DNA of 64,000 nucleotides from Takakia lepidozioides (taxonomy: Eukaryota; Plantae; Bryophyta). Positions 39,447 through 51,386 of the stretch are shown here, piece by piece. The position numbers and the translations under genes are program-made. Where the stretch lies: contig CM060732.1 in the NCBI GenBank assembly GCA_030704615.1, positions 55,118,001 to 55,182,000 of the forward strand. Direction: 5' to 3'. The notes under the pieces were generated by a model. That model made no database searches. It worked only from the letters and a program-made list of their open reading frames with translations, and was not told where the DNA came from. Every line of letters starts with the position of its first letter. The stretch's first letter is position 1.

Positions 39447-41017
39447 TCTCAAAGCACAAAATGCCGCACATTGGTTTGTGCTCTCGTCCCTGCAACTAGT
39501 GCAAAGCCTTTCGGGGGCGAGTACGAGTCAACGGAGTCCTCAAGGGACTGATAAATTTGCAATCCGCTTCACAACGACCCGACCTCGTATCCATGACTCG
39601 TGCTGCAGCTGGGAGAAGCCATGGAGACGCTACGTAAACTGCACTACAGCTAAGTGCCACAACATCGAGACAAAACGACGAAAATCCAAAGCGGATATCG
39701 TACTGAGCAAATCCGAGGTGGCGAAAGAGCGCAGACACGACTTCGGATCAGAAGATCATCACCAGTGCAGCAAAGATTTCCTTTAGAAGCCAAGAATACC
39801 ATACTGTCATAACTACTAGCAAATCCAAAAAGAGTGAGAGTATGATGGCATCACACTCCAAAATAGAGAAAATCTGGACGAAAGAGAAGAGAGAAAATGA
39901 TGTCGCCTAAACCGGTGCTACAATACGAACAGGATATTATTAGTTCAGCAGCAAACATCATACGAGAAGGTGAGCAAGGCAGCCATGAAAGCTTGCAAGA
40001 TAGAGCTCGGGGGAGGAAGCAGGCAGGCCTGTTTCAAAAAAAGCTGTGCACTTGGCGGGAACTGGGTTTCGATGGGAACTCCGCGACCCGCGATGTTTTT
40101 TAAGAAAATTCCCATTCACTGAATTACATGTAAAATATAAAAGATCGTATTTGGGGATCGTCTCTCTCTTCCACCTCTCTGTCTTTGATCGCCTCAAGAG
40201 CATACGCGGCCAACACTTGCCTCTTCCTGGCGGGGACATCACACTCTCCTCCACGAACTCACATGAATTGGCGGCATGTGAAATCATCCCTTGCGAAACT
40301 GAACTTTCTCAATTGTCTGAATGATATATGATTCAGGGTCTCCGTGTAGTCACTTTATCATTCAATGATCCTAACCCTGTTCTGTCTCTCAGTGAAGGAA
40401 TTATTGTTTGAACCTCCATCTCCCGTCGCCAGTCCAGTCCGTCTCCAGTCCGCTGGCTCAGGCGCGCTGTGACGTCTACCTTCTCCTTCTTCATCCCCAG
40501 CTCTGCAGAGCTTCAACATTTGCAGGTACAATCCAGTCTATAAGGAATCAACATGCCAGCAGCAATTTCAAATCCTTGTTGACGGACGGTGTTTTCTTCC
40601 CAAGTGGAACGTAGACTAACCTCATCCAACCTGTTCTCCCACCACAGCAAAGGATCTGGGGCGTGAGACATGCTTTGCTCATCGCTTGCGAAAACTGAAG
40701 TATGTGTTTGTGGCTTAAGATTCTATATACCCTGGTGGATACTGGATACAACCCTGCAATCTCCGGGAGGTATAAAAAAAAATTCGTCACCGCCAACATT
40801 TCGTAAGAACGTCCGTGTCTCTCTGTGTGACTCTGAATTGTCGCTCTGCACTGCCGCCGTTCCTCCGTAGCTAGCCCGCCAAATAGCGAGCGCAAAATGC
40901 TGTAGGTGGGCTATCAGCCAAATTCCCCCGACAATAGGTGTATTCTCTTCTCCTTGGCTGCGTCTCGACCTTGTGAGGTATCGTTTGGGGATTCTTACCT
41001 ACTTTTATGCTTGCAGG

Positions 41018-41569
41018 ATGGCTGACCAGCAGCCTAACATGGTGGCCTTAAGGGCAGCTTTCCGAGCTATTGGCTTCAGGGACGGCGAAGAGGTCCCTGC
41101 AGCGGCAGCTTTCCTAACTATTGGAGAAGAGGTCCCCAAACTGGAGAACATGCCAATTATGCGTACTGCACAGGGACGTCAGGTGAACGTAGCAGCAATA
41201 ACGACAGACATTGGCAGAATGCAGGAGAACATGCAGCAAATGCAGGAGAAAATCCAGCGAATACAGGAGAGCCTGCAGCGAATGCAAGAGAGCATGCAGA
41301 ACATTGACCAGTAGGTTCCAGCGTTTTGAGCAAGGCCTTGGTGTAACGTCAGAGTAGAGTATGTGTAGGATTATCAATTCATCACTACGGTTGTCTTCCC
41401 CCTTGCAGGGAGTGGTGGATAAAGCGGGGAACCTTCTCCTCTCATTTCCCCGCGAGGAAGATGGCATTTGTTGGCTTGGCGGAGCATGCCATGGATGAGC
41501 TGTTCCGCGTATGGCCTCTCTGTGGCGGGTGATTTGGCTTCCAAGCGCTCTCAATTGACAAACTGTTAG
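41018..41569 (+). pseudogene. Coiled-coil plus Mug135-like C-terminal domain (DUF1773-type) pseudogene
   Basis: MADQQPNM...EVPKLENMP and heptad repeats MQENMQQMQEKIQRIQESLQRMQES. Across frameshifts and a stop it continues MCRIINSSLRLSSPLQGVVDKAGNLLLSFP...MDELF...AYGLSVAGDLASKRSQL. Acceptor TTGCAG lies just before the ATG. Confidence 0.55.
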
Positions 41570-43309
41570 TAGCAAGGAGTGAACAAGAACTCTTCTAGCG
41601 CTACTGGGGATGTGGGTGCATTAAATGTGCCAGGACACTCGAAAGAAGTATGGCACGTTTTGAATCAACTTGGGATTTCAGCATTTCAGCATATTCCGTG
41701 TCTCTTGCAAGAGTCCCTCAAAAGTGAAAACTTGAAACTGGGAAAGCAGGTTCATGCCCGATAGTCTCTGATAACCGACTGTTCCCTGATGTTGGCTATG
41801 GGGTCCTTGGAAGGCATAATGGCCCTTGGAACCTCAGCCCGAAATTGTAGCTCGTGTCTCAGTCTCATGTAACATTTTTTGAAATTAGATTGGCCTACTT
41901 GAAGCAGGGGATGAGGTGAAAGGATCCTTTCTTCGACATGATATACAAGCACTGCAGGATGTCCATCTTTTGGCCAACTTGCAAGAATTGGTGCAATTGC
42001 TCTGTCAAATTCTAAACGAGTTTCTTTAGTCTTGCTTTTTGAGGCTCTCACTCTAGGTCGCTCATTCGTTGTCTTTTCTTCCCGTATACTGGTCTCCCTG
42101 TCTCCTTGGTTCCTAGGGACACACCTTCACTGAATCAGTGTGTAGCATCGGGTTTAAGGGTTTTGGCTTTTTTCGCCCTATAATAAACTCCATGGGGCCC
42201 TTTCAACTTTTTAAAAAAAAAAGCATACAAATCAGTCTCTGAAGTCTGAGCTCCAGTCTTTTCTGTGTTGCTTGTTCTGAATGAGCTCTCTCTCGTCTTC
42301 GTGCAGTTTGATAGTAAATGAGGGAGTGCAGACTGCCTATGGCAGGGGGATTTGCCAGCGCTGTCCATCTATTGATTTGCTGGCCCAAGTCCATGGTCTA
42401 TCTGCGTCTTGGGGCAGGGTTCTTGTGATATGAGAGAGATCTTCAGAATTCAGAAGGGACATGCAGAGAAAGCGGGAGATGTTCAGGCAAGAGAACCCAA
42501 CCATTTGCATGGCAGTTTATTTCACAAAGACTGATGGGTATGTACATACATGTAGGGGTTGAGGTAGATGAAATTATTTCATCTATACAACTGTCGCAGA
42601 GACACTTACATGATGGAGTCATTACCTACCTACTGTGCAATGACAATGTCTCTCTCTGTCTCTCTCACACACACAAACCAATCTGCAAAGTTCCAAGGAA
42701 TGGAAGAGAGCTACCCTAGAGGTAACAATCAGAAATCTCAGGCGAAAAATGTACATTTAGCAAAAATTCAGTGTAACCAACTAATGTACAGAGTAGATAC
42801 AGTCTTAGATCCAACTACCTCTTTGATCACCTAAGGCTAAAGTGCCTCACTGCCTGCAGAAGCCAGATGTTGATTGCCACTGCCAGGGCCCCTCACCCCA
42901 CCATGAAGGGCGCACTCTAATGCACTCTAACAAGTGGATAGATAGAACTTCAATTTGCAATAGGTTGCTCTCTCCTCCCCCACAAATAGAATATTTGAAA
43001 TCTTGGACTCAACAGTGCGGCAATCCTCTCCCCCTCTCACCGGAAAGGCAAACCAAGCTGATTTCCTTTTTTAGCACATGCAACCAGCAGTCAAGCGGCT
43101 GATCTTTTTGGTTAGATGGCACTCGCCAACCTTATGATACACCAAGGACTTTTCCTTGATACTCCTTGGAAACCAGCAAATGCCTCCCTTGAAAATATGC
43201 CCCATGAAATCCTGCTCTCAACATTCCCCAACCATAGTAATAGCTCTTCTTACATTGCTTGTTGACATATATCAACAAAATGCAACCGGAAAAAGAAACA
43301 CCCAATTGC

Positions 43310-46021
43310 TTAACATAGATTGCTACCTCGTTCCTGCCAGGAAAATGAGGCATGCAAATCCGGAGACTGAGATGGCAATTGATGATTTGTCGGAGAGCCT
43401 TCTGGAGATGTTTGAGTAGAAGCAATAGAGGTCACAATGGCTGGGATGGAACTACCGATAGCAATCCCAACTGCAGCTAAAAGAGGAGTAGACTCAGTAG
43501 CGACAGGCTCTGCAGATTTTGAGTGGGCATCCCTTTTGCACACAGGACAAAAGGGCCGGCGGGTCATCAACCACTGGTCTATGCAAGTGACATGGAACTC
43601 TGCACACACCAACAAGCCAAAACCACTCTATTAAAAGGTCTGCTTCAAAGCTGAACATCAAAGGTCCCCCAAAGATGACCTTTGTCAGCAACCAATGGGT
43701 GAGAAAGTGTGAGGCTGGATGCAGTTTGGGATAAATTGACGAATAAAGAAGTGAGCAGTTTTCTCATTACAGACCAGTTAGCAAAGGGGCTCAATTTCCA
43801 AATATAGAAGACAACATAGAAGGGCCAAACCATTTTAGATATGTTACATACTGCCCTGGTGGAGTACATTGTGTCTGCAGATGTGGTCTCATACCAAACT
43901 ATGGAACACCGATGACTATCAGTCTCCTCTACCGCTCTGTTTCGGTCCATGGGTGCAGGACTAACCATTGCAAAGAGAGAAAGAAAGAGAGAGGAGAGGG
44001 AGAACACTCACCATGACGACAAGGCAGAAGCCGCAGCTTCTCTCCAGTTTCATAATCTTCTAGGCAAATCACACAAGTCTCTGCCGTCCCGTTCCCATCA
44101 CCCACACGCTTGAACAGAAAACTGGGAAGGGCCTTCACCTCCTTTGAGCTCATCCCTAACGGCTCCCTTGCCATCATCAGGCGTGATCCCAGGCGCCGCA
44201 AACGGTGCCGGCGCACAAAAAAGTATGTCGACAGGACAGCAGACACTGCAAGGAGAGAGATGAAGGCTACAGCCATCACAGACCACACAAAGTTCCCTGA
44301 AGCCTGCATAATGTAACACTTTGTCCCCACTTCACTGACAGAGCCTAGGAGGGCCTCCCCTGACAGCCGAGAGACAAAAACAGCATGTATATGGATATTC
44401 TCTGAGTTCCCCGACACTGCCATGGCCATTCATCAAGAGTTAGTGTTGGTTAATTGCTTGGCAACTCAATCGTCACAACTCCTGTGATAGCTTACTGTTC
44501 AACAAGGCAAGTCTTCAACCATGATAGATGCTTTCTTGAATCTCCATCAGTAAGGGCAGAACCAATGCTTTCTTGAGGTTCAATCCAACTCCTCAACCCA
44601 GAACCGGTACCCTCATTAATTATCCCCTTTGTGGATGGGGATAATGAAAAAATTGGCCCATGGTACACACTGAAAAAAACCAGAATTCACTTAATCCAGT
44701 GGTTCCACTACTTGTGCACATTGCTTGTAACCCCAGCAACAAATTGTGCAAAGAAGAGAAGTCTTTAGTGCTGATGTTACAGCTGCAGTTGATACAGAGG
44801 AAGAGACAGATAGCCTTACTGGTGACAAGCTCGTGATCGTCAACATTGTTGAAGATGACAACAGCCTCAAACCCTGCATTTTGGGCATGCAGAACCTTGG
44901 CATCGAAATTGCAAACACCCCGCGATACCAGAAGGAACGGAGGAAGCAGTTCTCTTTGAGGGGCAGGGACGTTGAGCAGAGGGATACAGGCGTCCAGTGG
45001 GCTAGCTGCATGCAATATTCCAATTATCCCCTCCAATGGAACTCGTGGACCTACCAACACAAGCATAATTGGTCAATCACATTCATCTCACATATTCAAC
45101 TGGGTGATCTGGGGGCCAATCAACTACTTCACCAACTTTTGTATACAATCAGAGCCCAAGGCCCTTCCAGGAAACTCAACAAATATACCAGTTTTGAATG
45201 GCAAAAGCCAAGACACAGACTACAACAGCAGTTTTGGGCACCTAGCCAATACTGTAAAATACCAAAATTACCCACAATACTGCCTTCATGACACTCCGTA
45301 AAATTTCCATGGAGACCAATTTTTCACATGCTGTGCCCAGGCAGATGGAAACATTCTGCTGAGTTTCAAACCCTGGAGGCTTCAAAACCTAAGATCAGCT
45401 CCAGGAAATCAGTCCTTAGGATGCCTGCCCTCAGTACACCGCTCACATGGAAACCCAGTCATACACAGCAACATCACCCCCAGACAAACCACATGCTGAC
45501 ACTTACAATAGATGTGGTGGATGCCAAATCACAAACATGGTCTCAATTCAAAATCGTTCATTGCGATTCCGGATGCTACAGTACCATGTGCACATCAATA
45601 GAGTCCTGATCCTAAGCACCGTACTCTGTCCTGAGTAATTGCTCAGATGACAATTAAGGGCCTTACGGCCAGGGAGCGTATAGGTCCCCGGCCACAACCT
45701 TAAGGCATAAGGCATTCACGGAGAGGTTTCTCCGTATCTCATTTGCTAGCGAGCATCTTATACACTCTCGGAGCTTAAATCACAAAAATTAGCCAGAATG
45801 TTTTGAGTTCCACAAGAAAACGAAATCCACGTACCGAAACTGGCCTCCATGTCAGGAAAGGATAATGATTCATTGTTGGCCGTCAGCAAGATAACAGCCG
45901 CGTTCACCCTACCTAGAAGTAGAGTGAGAAGGACGAGAGCTAGCCCCGTAAGGGAGATCATGACCTCCCTCTGGCCCATAATTCTGCTGACCAATCCTGT
46001 TTCCACTGCCAGAGGAGGCAT
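43310..46021 (-). CDS. RMR: RMR (receptor homology region, transmembrane, RING-H2) vacuolar sorting receptor; exons 46021-45835, 45050-44820, 44416-44012, 43599-43310
   Basis: Signal peptide, PA domain (SRGVCNFDAKVLHAQNAGFEAVVIFN), transmembrane helix, RING-H2 CVICLEDY...LPCRHEFHVTCIDQWL...FCPVC and ESTPLL. All introns are GT-AG and in phase. The start may be the ATG at 45979. Confidence 0.92.
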
Positions 46022-47090
46022 ACCCTGCTCCAGATCTTCAAACTTGCACTAACTTTTCCCTTTTGCGACTGTCCTGTGCCCCAAGATCTCAATTTTCCTG
46101 GATCAATACTAAATCACGCTTACCTCACCCTTCCCACCCCGGCACAGCACAATGCCGACGTGTGACCCAACCATATCCAGGAGAGAGTACACATCATGCA
46201 AGGGTTTTGATATGAGGAGAACGAAGCACCAATTATACTCTGCATAATTCTCAAAAATCTCTCTCTCTCTCTCTAACGGGCGGCCTGGCTCCTTCCACTA
46301 AAATAGTTGGCCCGAGAAACCAGAAGACTACAATGGAGAAGAACTCAAAAATCTTCAGCTGGGTTTCAGGTCATGATGTCAGAAGTCAGAACAGCTTTTA
46401 CAGAAAGTGGGTTTCTAATCTACATGATGAAAAAGTTGCGGATCCATGACTGCTACAATCACGAGGTCACATACAGCAACCGTGGGAAGCAGAACTCTTC
46501 CCTTGCACACGCAGCAACCGCCCCATCCGGTCAGACCACCGGACACACCCCGCCGGCATTAGGGCTATCCCGCGTCGTGTGTTGTTCGTGGGGATTCGAG
46601 TCCACCGACGTCGGATCGGACGATGATTCACAGGAATCGTGCGCGGTAAAAATGGAGGGTGGAGGGTGGAGGTGCAGAGATTTGAAAGTTTGGAAAGCTA
46701 AGTAATCTGACATGCAACGGACGGACCCACGTGAGTAGCTGGATCCAACAGTTTGTGATGAGAGGTCTGAGTTGCTGAGAGGCTCGGGAGGGGATAGGAG
46801 TGGTGCTGGCTCCCTCCACCTCCTCCACATCACTGCTGACTCTTTTCGTTATTTTTTGATGCTGCCACACTATCAGAGCACTCAGGACGAAATCCATGGG
46901 ATGATGACGCATGGCGCCTGCCTAAATTAGCCCCTCCCGTGTTATCCTTACAGATCGTCGTTATGGGTTGCGACGAATTTGAGTCAAAGCTCACCGGCAT
47001 CCCGTTCCTGGTTAGTTGAGACAAAACCTTCACAATTTTATTAGCAATCGAACTAAAAAACTACATCTGAACAGTAGAGCATGATATAAG

Positions 47091-47302
47091 TTAGTGAAGA
47101 GAACTCAGACAGATGGGTACAGTTGAAAACACTGCTTTCGGAATCAGGTACACTAAGGACTACGACAAAGACATTCCTGCAGCTTTGCACAGTTCCTTAG
47201 TGAAGAGAACTCAGAATTGTGATGGGTACAGTTGAAACATTTCAGGATCAGGTGCACTAAGGACTACGACAAAGACGTTCCTGCAGCTTTGAATACTTCC
47301 TT
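47091..47302. repeat. ~106 bp tandem duplication
   Basis: ttagtgaagagaactcaga...cactaaggactacgacaaagac...cctgcagctttg occurs twice. Confidence 0.9.
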
Positions 47303-48170
47303 GGCTATGTTGTGGATTAGTAAAATCAGTTCATGCCATCCCATTCTTACTTTGGCTCGTGTCTGCAACTTGTTTCCATCTACCCAGGAACTGGGATGGA
47401 GTTTCCAGCACCGCTCAAAACGTAAAAGGCTTTGCAGACTAACTGCCAGACCCCAGTCGATCCCTCCAATCTACTTCAATATCTCTGGGGAATCACAATG
47501 CGCACAGATGATGAAGGCCCCAAGAATCTATCCATAGCTTCAACTGGGGTGCAACCCTCTCTTGCTGTTTTGTAATGATCATAAACAGGAGCATGTTCTT
47601 ACTGGAAGAAATGACATGGCAGGCACACCAAGCGTGGGGAGGCAAGCAGTAGACATACATGAACAACTTCTCTGGCTGGCCCTTGATTGGGAACGAGGAA
47701 TGTAGGCCTCATTTGTGACGCGTCCCTTTTACAAAGCTTTATTCAAATTTCTGTACAACTCTGATAAAAGAATCAACCTAGACCAAGCACCTCGCGAGCC
47801 TCCTTGCAACTAGAAGGTCCCTGGTTGCACGAGTGTGGACTATAACAATGGAATTGTGACCCACTTACAAAGTCAGAAGTGAACGGCTCCAATAGTGCTC
47901 ACTTAAATCCAGTGACAAGGTGTATGCCAACCACAGTACCCTTCTTCCTCTCACTGGGAGAAAATGTCCCTATACATCCAAGTGTGTTAGTAAGGATGTT
48001 CTACAATCATGAATTTGGTGGGAGACGCATCTCCTGACGCATTGAATCACCCCACTGAGTCTACAACCTTCCAAACAACCATCCTATCTTCACTGTGATA
48101 GAACCTATTGTACTTGAACCTACAAGAGGTGCAGACATGTATGGTTTGATTTGTTTGCAATTTACATGAC

Positions 48171-49820
48171 TCATTCTAACAGGGGCTGCCTCTCAGCGGC
48201 TTTCAGCCTCTCAAGCAACTGGTGGTGACGGACACACAAGAAAATGGACAGGGCAAGGACAACAACAAAGAAAGATACAAGTACCAAAGCCACAATGGAC
48301 CACGCACTCGTAGTCGCAGCTGGGATCATGTGACAAGTTGTTTCTTTATCACCAGCAAATTCTAAAAGAGCCTCCCCGGAGAACCTCGAGACAAAGACGG
48401 TATAAATGTTGATGTCTGTTGCATTGTCTGATACATTTCATGGCAGCACCACAGAATGACAAACTATTAGCAATACTACAAAACGGAAAGAGCTTGAAGG
48501 ACACAACCTCATGGTTGATGAAAAGGCTAATTATCCACAAAACATGTTTTCATCCATGAACTTACCAGGCCTAATCAATCCCATGCAACTAGCAACTTGG
48601 ACTCTAGTGGAAAAAAAATGCTGCCCCAAGGCTACGGAATGCATAAGTCGACAATCCAGTGGCTCATTGTCCACCCCCTTCAATCTAGTTCTTAGATACA
48701 CAGAGGACTCAAGATGAATGGTTAGTCATACTTCTAAATTGCCCTGTAGGTGTAGATCTCATGCAGAAACCAACACTTGGTCATGTTTGTCACATGTGTG
48801 CAGCAGAGAGCTGGCCTTGACAGGGACATTTGAATTCCTATGTTGAGAGGGAGCACATACTCACTCAGAAGGTCTTGGACTTGACTTGTGGCTGGGAAAC
48901 ATAGTGGCCTCCAAAATTTGAAATTTTGCTGAAGCAGCACAGCTTTATTGTTGACTCAGAGACACTGGCACCAAAATCTTGTGAAGATGTGGGCTGCTGC
49001 TCAAACATTGATTTGACGGCCTTGGTTCTTTCATTTGTGCCAAAAGGCAGCCTTTAAATGCAACTACATTGTAGGCCCCGTATGCCCAAACTGGAAACAC
49101 AGAGAGGGAGGCAAGGCAAAGGAACAAGGGGACTTTCTCCTAAAGATGACAGCTTTAAGCAATCACCAAAGAAGAAAGATACAATAACCTGACTATTAAA
49201 CAAGATAACAATATGAAAACCATATTTCATATCTATGGACTGCGTTTCAGGTCTGGAGTTCAGTACTTCTATTCAAGGCTCAAGCAGTGTAAGTGTCTAT
49301 ATCCAATCCCAAATCCCACAACTACCCTAGCCTGCCAAACTCAACACATAGAAGCATTGAGAGGATGTACTCATATGTTTGCTGTTGCCTTGTGGCCATA
49401 CACCCTACGCACAGTTTGGGCAGAACAAGAGGGAAACAGGCACTACCTTTGTGAGGGGCTCACTCTGGTAGTGGGACTTATCTTGGTATAAAAAATCCGT
49501 TCAGGCTTTCCAGATATCCTCTAGAAAGCCCTTCACACAAGCATCAGTCTGCTGTGAGTGTGCTGCCCAGCAATTAGACCCAACAGGGTGGCTTAGGCTC
49601 AGCCTCAAGATTTCAGGAATATCAAGAACATCAATAACATTGTTCCTGCACCTCTGCTCATCAACTTTGAGAGGGTCACTCTCTGTGAGAACACCCCGGA
49701 CAATGTATCAGAAAATGGATATTGTCTTCAGGCTGCCTGCACATCGGGCAATCAAAATCTCCTTTTCCTCTCTGCATCCTTTTTGTTCAAAGATAGGCTC
49801 CCCGCCCTGGTTTATGTTGA

Positions 49821-49856
<36 letters not shown>

Positions 49857-51386
49857 AGAGAGCGAGATGAGCGTGTGCTTGACCTAAGCTTTTGACGCCT
49901 ACAAGATAGATTCAGGAACCTATTAAGGACTTTGAGCCAGTAGACCAGTGAAAATTCCCTATGAGCACCAAAGGGCAAAATTCATCGAAGAATACAAACC
50001 CACCTGGAGCCAGTCCGTCTGCTTCAACTCAGCAGGGACTAAGAACTCAGCTCCAAACGCAGCCACCAACAAAAGGTGACAGAAAATTTCAGTTTGATTT
50101 TCTGGAGTTGTTATCCTGGGACATCACTGTAATCTCTCTCTCAGACTTGTCAAAAAACCCGTACACCTAACGCAGACTTGTTGCTGTGGTGGGGATGAAA
50201 CTGCCAGTCACGAAATGGTACTTTATAATGTCCGCGGAAAGCTCATAGAGCTTATGGGATAAAATGGAAGAAAACAGGAGAGAGGAAATAAAACCAGAGC
50301 CAAAAATAAAACTATTGCTCGAGAGAGAGAGACTTACTGGCCACCAGCTCGTGGTCGTCGACTGCGTTGAAAATAATGGCAGCCTCAAATCCAGCCTTTT
50401 GAGCATGCCTTACCTTGACATCAACACCACAGACTCCACCTACTACCACCAGAAAGGAAGTAAACCCTCCTCTCTGTAACATGGGAGCATTGTCGACAGG
50501 CGAGCATGCATCTGACGGGCTTGCTGCATGTAACATTCCCTGTACTCCAGAATATGGAAGTTGTGGTGCTGCCAGTCCGTGTGCAGATGTCAGACACACC
50601 AAGTTCTAGGGTGGAAACTCATCATCCCCTGCAAATGGTTTACATTACGTAAACAAAGAAAAATGGCTCTTCTGCCACATGTCTCTAGTTCTTTTCTTTT
50701 TTTCTTTTTTTTTCTTTTTTTTTTGCCCTAGCTCTCCTTCTCTCTCGAGCCTGATTAAGAAAAGATGAGCATACATGCTTTCCATACTCACATCATTTTT
50801 AATCTCGCCTTGTAAGTCGTTCTGATCCAGAGGGCAGAGGATCCCTCGACTCGGACCCACTACTGGACAGGCTGGAATTTGGGCTGCACGACTGCAATGT
50901 TGAGAGGTTTCCCATACTATTCAAGCTACAAATTCCCCCTAGTAACTGAAACTGCTTGTGTAACATAGCTCGAGGATGTCATTTTGTTTAGGACGGAACA
51001 TCCCTTGGAATCTGGGCGAGATCGAGCAATGAATTATGACATTTTCCTTCTCCAATTCAAATTCTCCCGTACCCACAGAGAGAAACCATTGCATCTCAGG
51101 TATTGGATGCAAGAGTTTGGTGGGTCAACAGCAGAGGAGCTGCGAAGAGCGAGGCACGACGCATTCATTCAACTTATCACGCGCAAATATTGAAGGTAGC
51201 GTGCAAAAAAAAAAATCCAACGAGAAGGGCAGGACAAGGACTACAGATTCACCTACCAAAACTGGCCTCCATGGCCTTGAGAGCGATAGTTTCATGGCTG
51301 GATGTATGCAAAACGAGGTCCGCACTGACCCTTCCCATCAAGCATGCAAGCAAGACCAGCACCAGCACCAGCCACTTCGAAGCCAT
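48171..51386 (-). CDS. RING-less RMR paralogue (signal peptide, PA, transmembrane helix, short tail); exons 51386-51257, 50568-50338, 48427-48171
   Basis: Exons are homologous to RMR exons 1-3 (MEASF; HAASPSDAC...KVRHAQKAGFEAAIIFN; VFVSRFSGEALL...WSIVALVLVSF...VRHHQL). The frame is open and ends ERQPLLE*. Confidence 0.75.
49350..49815 (-). mobile_element. LINE family B 3' remnant with CCHC zinc knuckle, abutting (GA)n at ~49826-49851
   Basis: Translates as RGKGDFDCPMCRQPEDNIHFLIHCPG...KGFLEDIWKA. Confidence 0.75.
50212..50320 (-). mobile_element. Short LINE family A 3' end beside (GA)n, ~20 nt from a splice donor
   Basis: Near-identical to 29023-29135. Confidence 0.75.

Noticed and set aside
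41752-42051. 99-aa ORF on the minus strand
   Set aside because: Non-ATG start and no recognisable domain or gene structure.
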